From: Xylographa opegraphella
Lineage: Eukaryota
Length of the DNA: 22,519 nt
Assembly: GCA_022813865.1 (NCBI GenBank)
Contig: JALDZX010000014.1
Location: forward strand, 434,001-456,519
Reading direction: 5' to 3'
Made by a program: the position numbers and the translations under genes. Positions 1 through 11,419 of the stretch are shown here, one piece after another. Each line of letters opens with the position of its first letter. The first letter of the stretch is position 1. The notes beneath the pieces are model-generated. The model ran no database searches. It saw only the letters and a list, made by a program, of their open reading frames with translations, and had not been told where the DNA came from.

Positions 1-208
1 GAATACTCCTTGGACCATTCTCTCGTCTCGCCAGTATCGGTGAGTCAAATCCTGGTGGTGCTACTAGACCGGATTCTATACGAGAATACCATACATGATG
101 AATAGCCTTTTTCTGTGCCTGTAAATTCTTTGCGACCAAGTTCATCATTGTTTGTCAAGGAGGAAATGCCATCCAAGCTACGACGTATCAGCGATAGCTT
201 GTTATGAT

Positions 209-3200
209 CTACCGACACATGACTATCCATTCTCTGCGTAGTACGTCAGTAACCTTACTCGAGTCTTCCAGTGCTTCTTGAGTTTGCACGAAATGCCTCA
301 TTAGAGGATGTTCGTGGCCGCCAATGGCTCTCATGCCCTCTAGCAGCTTTGGGCAGATTGCTCGGGCCTCATCGATTCTGTCTTGCAGTCGATAGCAATG
401 CAAAAGGTAGTACATCGCCATAAGTCGATCAGGATGATGGCCGTTCCTAGCTTCATGCATACCTGCGTATTTTTCTATAGTGTCGCAAAGCTCGCTTTCC
501 GCTTCTTCCCACCGTTGATCGCAAGCGAGTGTGTGTCCAAGACGAGCTCTCCCATACAATGTGCCAATGTAATTTGCTCCATAGTTTCTCATTACTATCT
601 TGATCGCCGGGCGCAGGTCTGCCTCAGATTCCTTGTAAAGGCCTCGAGCGCATTTGATTCTGGCGCGGTTCGCAATGGCTATCAAAGTGAACGGGTTCTC
701 AGGCCCGAGTCTTTCTTTACGTACCTTGATAACCTCGTCCATCATCTCTTGCGCACCGGCTAGGAGGCTGTCCCTCAGCATTAGGTCTGTCATTGCCAGA
801 TTCTCGAGGATCTAGGTAAAAGTACAAGTGAGTAAAAAGAAATTACTGCATATCTACATACTCACAAGCAGAGTATCCCTATGCGTTGGGCCAATGGTTT
901 TTGATCTTCTCATGCCCTCCAGTGCCTTTGTATGAAGGATCTTTGCTTCTTGCCACCGAAAATATCTTTGGTGTAGCCGTCCAAGCATGTCATAAGCACG
1001 GAGGACCTCGTCATGATCTGTCCCTAAAAGGCCCGAATATTCGTCGACTGCCGAGTCGCTTAGAATCTCCAATCCTTCCTTATTGCGGCCCTGCGCCGAA
1101 TAGGTACTTGCCAGCGTTATCATAATCGCAAGAATTCTCTCACGCTCGACTCCTGGGGTATTCTTGCACGCATTCAGTACCTGCTCCTGTAGCTTTGCGG
1201 CATCGTCGTATTTACCCCGTAGCCAGTACGTCTGTGCTAGAGCAAGCTGGATGCGAACGGCATCCGGGTGATCCAAATCACGAGCGGCACAAACAAAATC
1301 CCTGACCCGCGTCTGTAGTTCCTCTGCCTCTTTCCAGAGCCCAGCCTGCGCATAGACAAAACTATATTTCGCCAGCTGTACCGCGTCAGATCGGGAGAAC
1401 TTGGGGCGCACGGCCCAAAATGCCCCGAATCGATTCAGTTGCCGATTCGTATGGTGCTGCTTGACGATCCTTGCCTGCTGCTTCCGAACATGTTCTACAT
1501 GCGGTAAAAGGTCTCTCCGAAAATCTTCGTCGGCCACTTGCGTCCCCAATGGTGGTAGAAGAATTGATTGTGCTAAAGTTGTCGCCGCAGCTTGGCACCA
1601 GAGAGCTTGTCGTCCGGTTCTCATCTCCGGTTGGCATAGTGTCATCCTAGAGGGATCCGATACGTCTCGCATCATTTCAGGCCGCTCGCGCAGCCAATCA
1701 TGAATGATTGCATGGCAGGAGTAGCAATCCGAGTCCGCGTGGTAAGTAATCAAGGAATGCTGTGTAAGCTCTGTCAAAGCCTTCCGTACCCGAAATTCAT
1801 CAAAGATTCCCGCCTCAGAAATGCGAAGTGCGTCAGGTAGGACGGAAAGCCCACGGTCTGAGACAAGATATTCCAAAACCTCCATGCCTTTGGCTCTTAA
1901 CTTTGCCCCTAAAGTGATTGCATTCCACACAACAGACTGATTGCTGGCTAGCGCGCCTTTCTTAGAATTCTTTTCGATTATTGGACCATTGGCCGCCCTC
2001 GTTAGTAAATCCCAACGAACATTTTCATTGTTCAAGAACGCAAACATGTTTAATAACTGCAAAGCATCAGCGGCCGCCTCCCCTTTCCTATCTTTGAGTG
2101 CAAGGTAATTCAGCTCGTAAGTAGAGTAAACAGTGAGAAAGTCATCTTGGTCCAGAGGATTGCCTGAAGCCCTTAGAGCTCGACCTATCCTTTCAAAGCT
2201 ACTTCTGTAGTAGCGGATGTAATCGTGCAAGGTACAAAGTCCAACCCTTATCGCTTTGCCGGCACAAACGAGAGCCAGTGGTAGGCATCCCAGGACCGTT
2301 GTAATCTCGCGAGCCAGCGTTTTTGTTGGTTTATCCCACGGCTGAGACTTTGCTGCTGCTTGCAATAGTAGGTCAGCAGCAGGCTCACTCTCCAACTTGT
2401 CAAAGCGAAATGACCGTTTCCCGACAGTTCCGTGAACTTTGAATGCCGGATTTCGGGTTGTGATAAGAATGTGCCCTCTTTCGCCCTCAGGAAACAGAGC
2501 CTCGAGGCGCACGTTGGGATCGTCTGCATTGTCTATTATCAGCAGCCAAGATAGCTGAAGGTTTGAAAGCCAATTCTTCGCAGCTTTGTCGTTGGGCTCC
2601 CGTCCAGCGAATTGCTTAGCTAGCTTGGAGTATCCGTGTTTTGCGCGACCATCCATGCTTGCGTCGATGTGGAAGACTCCCCAAAAACTGACTTTCATGG
2701 TCAGCGACGTTGTGCATGGAAGTCCATAGCACTTTCAGTGTTGACATACTGTTTACGATAGTTCTGAGCGAATTTACAACAAAATTCGGTCTTCCCTGCA
2801 CCGCCAATTCCATAAATAACAAAGCGTTTCTGCACTCGAGTTCCGATAGCAGGTTCTGGACCGAGAAATGTTTGCCCGAGTTCTTCCAGTTGCGCTTCAC
2901 GCCCGATATACAGGCTACTGACAGAGTGTGGAATTTCAAAATGTTTATTTGCAGTGGCCAGTAACAATGCATCCTGTGCAGACTTTTGAGCAGCGTTGAA
3001 TGTCTACCAGATATTAGAAATCGTAGAAAATTGCTGAGACGTCAACTCAACATCGAACCTCTTCGGATGACTCCAATTGCATGGGAATATTATCAAGTCT
3101 GTCATTGAGACGGCGGATGGACTCGGACAGCTGCTCACCCGAGGGAGAAGAAGAATCCTGAACATCAAGTCTGGTTCGAGTCAGTGCAAAACCTGGAAGC

Positions 3201-3688
3201 ATAGCCTGTCACGCTTACAACTGAATGGTATTTAGCATCAACTGAAGCGTTACCAGCGAGTTGGTCAGTTCGGCACGCAGCCTTCGGTAATCTTCATCCT
3301 TGGACAGCTTCCGAAGCTGCTTCCGGAAGTCATCAAATTTCCCCAGTAGCCCCGAACGTTCTCCTCCCTTGATGTCCCGTACCAGAAGACTCAACTTCGT
3401 AAGCTTATCTTCACAGCCACGGATCACCCCGGCCAAGGTTTTCGTGGCGTTATGCCACGACTTTGCTGTCGTCTCTTGTGGACCGTTAGGTTCCCGGTCC
3501 GCTCGTTTCTTCAAGGCAGCATAGATGATTTCGACAACAGACTTGACATTCTCGACATCTCCGCTCAAAGCCTCGACCTCCTGATCCACCGTGGCCGCTG
3601 CGGCATGGATATCCCGGAGAGACAATACGAGCTGGGTACAGATGGCTACCAGTCCAACAGCGCCAGTTAAAAGCGAGAACGGATCCAT
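209..3688 (-). CDS. Fungal NLR (STAND) protein: HeLo-like N-terminal helical domain + NB-ARC + TPR repeats, about 1086 aa, 5 exons
   Basis: Exons 3688-3219, 3170-3059, 3003-2750, 2687-866 and 811-209 total 3261 nt and stay in frame. Introns: 3218-3171 (GTAAGC..CTGAC..CAG), 3058-3004 (GTTCGA..CTAAT..TAG), 2749-2688 (GTATGT..CTGAC..CAG), 865-812 (GTGAGT..TAG). N-terminus is MDPFSLLTGAVGLVAIC. NB-ARC motifs: Walker A GIGGAGKT, Walker B WLLIIDNADD, GHILITTRN, GLPL-like LGCLPLAL, MHD-like YSCHAIIH. C-terminal kinesin-light-chain-type TPR units include DLDHPDA, LGTDHDEV, IGPTHRDT, LGPENPFT and GHHPDR. Confidence 0.9.
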
Positions 3689-4918
3689 GGTGACCCTTTA
3701 CACGTTGCACACGCGAACACTCATCGACATTTCAGCCACACGTTCGCCTGTCCCAAGTTTTCGGTCGGGTCATACGCTACCTGAGTACTCTTTGCTTGCA
3801 GCTAATGCTACCGCATTCGATGGGGAGACGGAACCACGGCTACGACGGCATCACCACAACGGAGAGGTGCGCCGTTCTTGCGTACTGCATCTCGCCGGTC
3901 GTCCATCAAGCATTAAGGGACAAATGATGGCTTCTCGGGCTTGAACGTGGATGCCAAAAAAAGTGTAGATGCAGGGGCAGTAAGTCAAGTGACAGCCAGC
4001 GGTGTACTTTAAGGTGCCTGCCTACCTTACCTAAGACATCTGTCTTGTTTTGAGGCTGAAAGAGAAGGCCACGAGTGCCACCGTTTCCGGCCGACGTAAT
4101 CGATAGACTTGGTGAGGTGACGGTGGGCTGTGATTGATTGGCGATCTCTTCGATTCGATCTCGTGGTGGGGCTAGCCTAAGGTAGTTTAGGGTATGCATT
4201 TTTGTGCATTTCCGATTTCCGGTGATCGACCTCGGACGTAGAACATCCACCCCAAGCCTAAGGTAGCGTAGCTCCAACGCCATTCAATGAGGAGCTTGGA
4301 TTCACTCCGAAGGGAGCTCAAGAGTCACGACTACGACGGCCTAAATTCTCGAGTCTTCAGAAATATGCGATAGGAAGTTCGAACCAGGAACTGTGATCTC
4401 TCGGATTTGGCTGATGTCTGCAGTTGCACGAAACGCTTTAGCGCAAGGACGAGGTGCAGCTCCGGTGAACGAACTTCTATACAATATCCTGGAATCGGAC
4501 TACCTATCCTAGCGGGGCTGTCTGTTCTATGTACGGTATCAGACGGTCCGGATCGCAGCACCATTCCCACCCATCGCTGCTTGAGCGAAGCCAAATTGAC
4601 GGTGCATATTCAGGACTAAGGTAGGCGTCGACCGAGCCCTGGGTGCCTGATACACAAACACTGGTGATCCTTGTCTCCATCTGTTTCTGGGAGAGGACTG
4701 AAGTAGTCGTAGTCTTGCAAGGCTAGAGACCAAGTAATCCATTTCCGGTCATTTATTGGATATCGAATATCATCCCGGCCTACGGAGTGGGTAGTCCTCA
4801 CGCTCCTCGCATTCATCGCCGCAGATCTTCAGCACATTGGGAAGGTGTTTACGCTGTACTCTTTGGCTGCAGCCTTGCTTGAATGCTCCGGTCTGGCTTG
4901 CTTTCCACAAATACCACC

Positions 4919-6828
4919 ATGTGGATGTCGTGTACTTTCACCGAGCACGCTATTTCGATCTGGGTGCTATCAACTGTGCTTGGATGTCTCGCAATAGCTC
5001 TACCACACCTCTATCGGATGCGATCCAGAGCGAAGCTTGAGAGTCAGCGTGTATGATGTTCTGCCCTCGCTCAAGTCAAGACTGAGTCTCTTCCAGGAAG
5101 ATGCACTGGTCGCTGCTTTGCATTGTAAGCGCCCACCGAGACTTCGCTATCGCTGGCCGTTGGCGCTGGATCTATTCGTCGAAGTGTTCCGCGCCGACCG
5201 CGCCGGAAGTGTGCTCAGTCTATTCGTGTCCATAGTTGAGAGAACGGGGAACACGTTTGAACAACTGCTCCTGGGCAGTCGTGCTATCGGTACGCGGGAC
5301 TGGGAGAACATTGAGGCCGTTCTGAGCACTCAGTTCAATGGTGACTGCCCTCGAACTTCAAGCGCAAGACCTTCTGATCAGAGCCCCGTTAGATTTTGGA
5401 CTCGGCGCTCGCTCCGCTCATTTTCGTCCACTTCTCGGCCACGGTATATTTACTCAGGATGGCGCCCCTTGGAGGGTTTCTCGTGAATTGTTACGGCCCC
5501 AGTTTATGGAAACCCGGTTCAAGTCTTTTGCGGCTATACAAGAGCAGATTGAGAAGTTTGTTTTCATGGTGAAGTCCGTCTCCCATGAAGGCGTAGTGGA
5601 TTTACAGCCTCTGTTTTTCCGCTTGACCTTGGATGTAACGATGGCAGTGCTTTTCGGCCGACAGCTGGACACTTTGGAAGTGAAATCAAGTCGTGACGAG
5701 GTGGCGTTTGCCAAAGCTTTCGACTATGCCCAGCATAAGCTCGCACAACGTGGCCGGTTAGGTGACCTATACTGGTTGATAAATGGATCTGCTTTCAGGC
5801 GCTCTTGCAAAGTGGTTCATGAGTTTGTGGATGATATAGTAGCCGGAGCACTCAAGGACTCTGACTCCCTTCCTTCTCCTCCCGGAGCACCGGAGCGTTA
5901 CGTGTTTTTGAGAGTCTTGATATCTCAGACCCGAGATCCGCGAGTTTTAAGGGATCAGCTTGTCAATGTTCTATTAGCAGGGCGAGATACAACGGCTTGC
6001 TTGCTATCATGGACTTTGTAGGCCGCACACCATGCCCTTGAGTCTTTGCGGCAAAATGCTAATGTAATTCAGCAATCTCCTAGCTAAACATCAGGTCGTA
6101 CAACAGCAACTACGTAAGGAGTGTACTGATCTCCCGAGTTTCATATCGGGTGGATTGCCCACACCATCTGAAATCAAAGGGATGAAGCTTTTAGGAAACG
6201 TGCTTCAAGAAGGTACGAACTGATCGGCCACCCGCTTGCTACGGCTGGTCGCTAGTCTAATGATGCATCTTGTCAGTTCTCCGCCTCTACCCATCCGTCC
6301 CTATCAATTCCCGCACGGCCTTGAAAGCAACCACTCTTCCCATGGGTGGAGGACCGGATGGGTCGTCTCCCGTCCTCGTCAGGAAAGGGGAGGCTGTCGG
6401 ATATAGCGTCTACGTCCTTCATCGGCGCAAAGACATATATGGCGAAGACGCAGAATTGTTTCGCCCATCTCGTTGGGATCCAGACAACAAAGAAGGCCCC
6501 AGTCTCGAGAAAGTCGGATGGAATTATCTTCCCTTTAATCGTGGGTCCACGTCTCACATCATGACGAACGGAGGCTAATGTGCTTTCAGGTGGACCTCGA
6601 GTCTGTCCTGGCCGTAAGCACGCCGTTAAATCCAATTTCGTAAGTGTCAAAAGTTAACTTAGTTTCACAGAAGAATTCGCTCTGCTGGAGGCTTCTTATA
6701 CAGTGATCAGACTTCTTCAGACCTTTCGGGGCATCCAATTGGCTGATAACACGCCGGCTCGGGAAAAGCAAACGGTTACCCTGGTTGTGGCCAACGCGGA
6801 CGGGTGTAAGGTCATTCTAACGCGGTGA
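4919..6828 (+). CDS. Cytochrome P450, CYP52 clan (alkane/fatty-acid hydroxylase-like), about 528 aa, 7 exons
   Basis: Exons 4919-5050, 5097-5340, 5393-6017, 6073-6212, 6277-6540, 6590-6613 and 6671-6828 total 1587 nt in frame; all introns are GT..AG, 46-64 nt. Start context caccATG is followed by a hydrophobic anchor ([18 protein letters not shown]). Motifs: [36 protein letters not shown]-helix [12 protein letters not shown]-helix EVLR, FRPSRW, heme motif FNRGPRVCPG. Confidence 0.93.
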
Positions 6829-7400
6829 ATATGGCACTCATCGCTCCAATCGTTCAATCTAGGCACGATCACTGAGAATCTACTTCCCGGCATAGTATGT
6901 ATGAACCTTTTAAGTTCCGGTTTGCCCAAGACTCCGGAGGGAGAAGTATACAGACTCCATTGGCGCCGGCTTTCCGCATTGAATTAGGATAGCTTCTTGT
7001 TAATTAATTGAATTTACGGAAAGGTGACCGTACACAGTGACATTGTTGTGTGCAGGTCCGAGACAAAACAAAACATGCTAGCAATGTCTTTGTAATTTTC
7101 AGTAGAAAGTCTTGGGTATCTCCAGTCTACTCCTCCGCATATTGGCACCCTTTCCATCGTGAACGACCTTAGCTTGGCCTATGGGACTTAGACGATAATT
7201 GATTGGACAATCCGAAGAAGATCTCGCTAGTGCTACCGAAGATCGACTAGGGGTTATCACAAGCGTCTCGGCCAAGATTCTGCCCTTTGAGCAGCATGAA
7301 CGGCCTCAATATCACCTTCTAGTCACTTCGGAGAGCTTGGTTCTCTAAAGGACTCTTGGAACCACACAGTCGTTCTCGTAGTCGTGCCCTTTGCTGAACC

Positions 7401-8846
7401 ATGGCGACAGCGCAATGGTCACTCTTACGCAATTGGTCCAATGAGAAACAGATAGGTCGGTCAATCCCATCGGCAATGGGGGTTATCATTCTTACTCGAT
7501 TGCAGTGGTATCTTGCGCTCTCATCGGTACTGTGGCCTCCATTCACGCTCTTTCTCCGTCGGTGAGACCGTATACAGAGCTGCTCTACCAGCTGCCATAT
7601 CCCGAAACGAATGGTCAATATCTCCAGGGAGCCGACGATGCCTTCTTCGTCTTGGGCTGGCTAGTCATGCTGACTGCCCTACGAGCCATCGTCATCGCAA
7701 GCGTGCATAACATGGTAACTCGCTACCGTCTTGTGTCTGGGAAGGCGCGCACTCGTTTTGCGGAGCAGAGCTGGCTTCTGTTCTATTATGGCCTATCTTT
7801 CTCCCTAGGCATGGTAAGAAAGTGTTGATCTGGAGTCTCGATCAGACAGCTGACGGCCTCATAGCAAATATTGGTATCCTCGTCGTATTGGCTTGATTTC
7901 CGACAACTCTGGTCGGAATGGCCATCTCGACAGATGGACGGTCAGCTCAAATGGTACTTCTTGGTTCAGCTTGCTTTCTATCTACAGCTACTGCTCGCTA
8001 TAAATCTCGAAGAACGGAGGAAGGACTACACCCAAATGTTCAGTCATCATGTCATTACCTGCGCCTTGATGTATGTGTGCTACGCCTATCGCTACACGAA
8101 GATCGGAAATGTCATCCTATGTATCATGGACATTGTCGACATCCTGCTGCCGGTAAGTTTCACGGTGTTGTTGTAATTGATCGTAGTACTAACTGAATCA
8201 GCTCGCCAAACTGATCAAGTATCTTCGCTACGACTCGGCGTGTAACGTGGCATTTGGCATTTTTCTTGCGACTTGGCTCGTAGCGCGACACGTGATCTAC
8301 AATTCGCTGTGTTGGTCTATTTTTCGCGACGTACCCAAAGTTATGCCTTACGGATGCTATTCCGGGTCTACCGGCATTGCGCTAGATCCGCAAGATCTTA
8401 GCAACTGGCGATATATTGAGCCATTTTTCGATCAAGGTGGAACAATATGCCTAGATAGGAGGACAAAGTGGGTGTTTTTGTCGTTGTTGCTAATGCTGCA
8501 AGTGCTTAGCATTGTCTGGTTTGGCATGATCATCAAAGTCGCTTATGGTGTATTGAAGGGCGGCGCCGCAGATGATTCACGCAGTGACGACGACGAAGAA
8601 GAAGAAGAAGAAGACGAAATAAAAGGCGAAGAAAAAGAACACGAAGAAGATGAAAAGTGCGAGCTTTCACGAACGCACGACCAAGCGAGCGACCCTACGC
8701 ATTCCAAAAGCCGGAGCTCTGAAGCCGAGCCTGGGCAAATTCAGCCGGAGTTCTTCCAGAGAGCAGGAGGTGGGAGACTCAGGATGCCTAGGTCAAGGGA
8801 CAGGAAGGAACTTATTGGACGAGTCGGTTGCAATGGGAGCTTGTAA
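7401..8846 (+). CDS. Ceramide synthase / sphingosine N-acyltransferase (Lag1/Lac1 family, TLC domain), about 431 aa, 4 exons
   Basis: Exons 7401-7455, 7506-7813, 7865-8152 and 8202-8846 total 1296 nt in frame. Introns are 7456-7505, 7814-7864 and 8153-8201. The Lag1p motif RRKDYTQMFSHHVITCAL...IMDIVDILLPLAKLIKY is intact, with the HH and DxxD residues. Also RFAEQSW, several hydrophobic segments, and an acidic tail DDSRSDDDEEEEEEDE. The orthology group (Lag1, Lac1, BarA or cluster-type) is not resolved. Confidence 0.92.
8586..8612 (+). repeat. Coding trinucleotide repeat (GAC)3(GAA)6 encoding DDDEEEEEE
   Basis: Read directly from the sequence; it lies in the acidic C-terminal tail of the ceramide synthase. 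Confidence 0.85.
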
Positions 8847-9429
8847 AAATAATGACGGAGTTCTGCGTTTGATACATAGGCAGTCAAAATGTACCAGAAT
8901 GGCAACACGCTTAGCTAGTGCGTGTGGAGGGTCTCCGCCGGTATCAAATATGCGATAGACGAGGAGAATACTTTGTAGTCGGACGATCCAATCACCTGAC
9001 TGCGAGTGGTGAAGTTAAGGTAGGCAACACCTACGCTCTCGTTTATGATGCAGCCGCTGTTAGCTACCTATGGGTCGGAAGATTGCCTTGCCCATTTATG
9101 CAGCATACTCTTGAGGAATGTCAGACAAAAGTTCTGCCAATTCGATGCAATGGATCATTAGCAATACTGTACAAATAGGTTTCCACTTCACTCAATTGAT
9201 CCAGCACGCCGCTACCTCCGTACACCGCTGGCCGCTACGCCTCGCGCTAAGCCGATGCTATCATGCCAAGACATCAATGCTGTTGATTCTCCCGCTTGAC
9301 TTGACAGCACACTATCACCATAAGCTCACCCAAGCAAGCCTTCCCCATTTTCCGTTCGTCCTGTTCTCCAAGAAACCCTGAAGGTCTTGGAGCTTCTGAA
9401 GCCACCAACTAGTTCTGCTGACTGTCAAA

Positions 9430-11419
9430 ATGGCACCTGAAATGCAGGACCCGCGGATGACGGCAATACACCCTAGGATACGTTACAACACCATTGGAGG
9501 TGTCAACGGCCCGTTGGTCATTCTTGAAAATGTTTGAGCCTCACGGCCACCTCCCAGGCATCGAGCAACATGCTCACTTATGTTGTTAGGTCAAATTTCC
9601 CCGCTACAATGAAATCGTTTCCTTGACATTGCCTGATGGATCTGAGAGATCTGGCCAGGTTCTGGAAGCTCGAGGTAATCTATGCCCAGTGTGTCTGTTC
9701 TTAGATAAGACATGCTAAATATTTTTTTCAGGGAATCGAGCCGTTGTGCAGGTCTATTGTTAGCCCTTCCTAGCCCGTGTGATCTTCCCTGACCGGCGCT
9801 GCAGGTTTTCGAAGGCACATCAGGAATCGATGTGAAAAAGGTGCGAGGAGAACGCGTTACCCTATCACCTAGCTGATGAAGTACAGACCAAGGTCGAGTT
9901 TACAGGACACAACCTGAAGATTGGTGTTTCGGAGGACATGCTGGGTCGAGTGTTTGATGGATCAGGCCGAGCAATTGACAAAGGGCCCAAGGTGCTGGCA
10001 GAAGATTACCTGGACATCAATGGAAGTCCAATCAATCCGTATTCACGGGTATGCTCTTTGATTGATATGGTAGCCAACCCCCGATATATAACATCCGCAT
10101 AGGTATATCCAGAGGAAATGATTGCTACTGGAATATCCGCAATTGACACCATGAACTCCATCGCCCGCGGTCAGAAGATCCCAATCTTCTCTGCTGCAGG
10201 CTTGCCACACAATGAAATTGCTGCGCAGATATGTCGTCAGGCCGGCCTGGTTAACAAGCCTACCAAAGATGTCCACGACGGCCATGAAGAGAATTTCTCA
10301 ATTGTGTTTGCTGCCATGGGTGTCAACATGGAGACCAGTCGTTTCTTCACTCGTGATTTCGAGGAGAACGGCAGTATGGAACGGGTCACTCTGTTCTTGA
10401 ATCTAGCCAACGATCCCACGTCAGTTGTATTAGAAAGTTAATGGATCCTGTGATGCTAATCTGTACTAGTATTGAGCGCATCATTACCCCTCGTTTGGCA
10501 CTTACGACAGCAGAATATTATGCATATCAGCTTGAGAAGCACGTCTTGGTTATTCTTACCGATCTATCTGCTTATTGTGATGCTTTACGAGAGGTTTCCG
10601 CAGCACGAGAAGAAGTTCCAGGACGTCGTGGGTACCCGGGATACATGTATACTGATCTCTCAACAATTTATGAGCGTGCCGGTCGTGTGGAGGGAAGGAA
10701 TGGATCCATTACCCAAATACCTATTCTAACTATGCCCAACGATGGTACCTTGTCTCCAAATTTCTCTTGAATTCTGCCGCCGTGCTCACTAATAACTTCA
10801 ACAGACATTACGCATCCTATACCTGATTTGACCGGCTACATCACGGAAGGACAAATATTCATTGATCGACAACTACATAACAAGGGTATCTATCCGCCAA
10901 TCAATGTCCTCCCATCGCTCTCCCGTCTCATGAAGTCCGCCATTGGAGAGGGTCATACACGTAAAGATCACGGTGATGTGTCGAACCAGCTCTATGCCAA
11001 GTATGCTATTGGCAGAGACGCAGGTGTGTGCTTCGGTTCTACTATTCAATAGCACTGCTTATCTCCTGTTAGCATCCATGAAGGCAGTCGTCGGTGAGGA
11101 GGCCCTCTCATCAGAGGACAAGCTCTCCCTTGAATTTCTCGACAAGTTTGAACGCACTTTCATCTCTCAATCCGCATATGAGTCACGCACTATTTATGAG
11201 TCCATTGATCTGGCGTGGAGCCTACTCCGTATCTATCCGAAAGAGCTGCTCAACCGCATCCCGAAAAAGATCCTTGACGAATTTTACCAACGTTCCGGTA
11301 AAGGCAAAGGTCGCGCTAATGGGAATAAGGATACAAGGGACAACGCCGATCAGGCGGATGGAGAACCAGAAACGAACGGAGAGCATGGCGAGCAAGAGGA
11401 CAACCTCATCGATGCGTAA
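9430..11419 (+). CDS. VMA2: V-type proton ATPase subunit B, about 520 aa, 9 exons
   Basis: Exons 9430-9531, 9590-9674, 9732-9751, 9805-9840, 9887-10048, 10103-10419, 10470-10744, 10805-11023 and 11073-11419 total 1563 nt in frame. Diagnostic peptides: [124 protein letters not shown]. Confidence 0.98.

Noticed and set aside
2970..3920. Amyloid signalling motif or separate effector gene next to the NLR
   Set aside because: The HeLo-like ORF splices in frame into the NB-ARC exons, and I see no N/Q/G-rich HET-s, sigma or PP-like motif.
3906..4816. Short ORFs in the NLR-P450 intergenic region (3906-4283, 4331-4594 and others)
   Set aside because: No domain-like content, lengths consistent with chance, and no supporting splice structure found.
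5037..6828. P450 as a frameshifted pseudogene
   Set aside because: All frame changes and stops are explained by canonical introns, giving a full-length protein with intact catalytic motifs.
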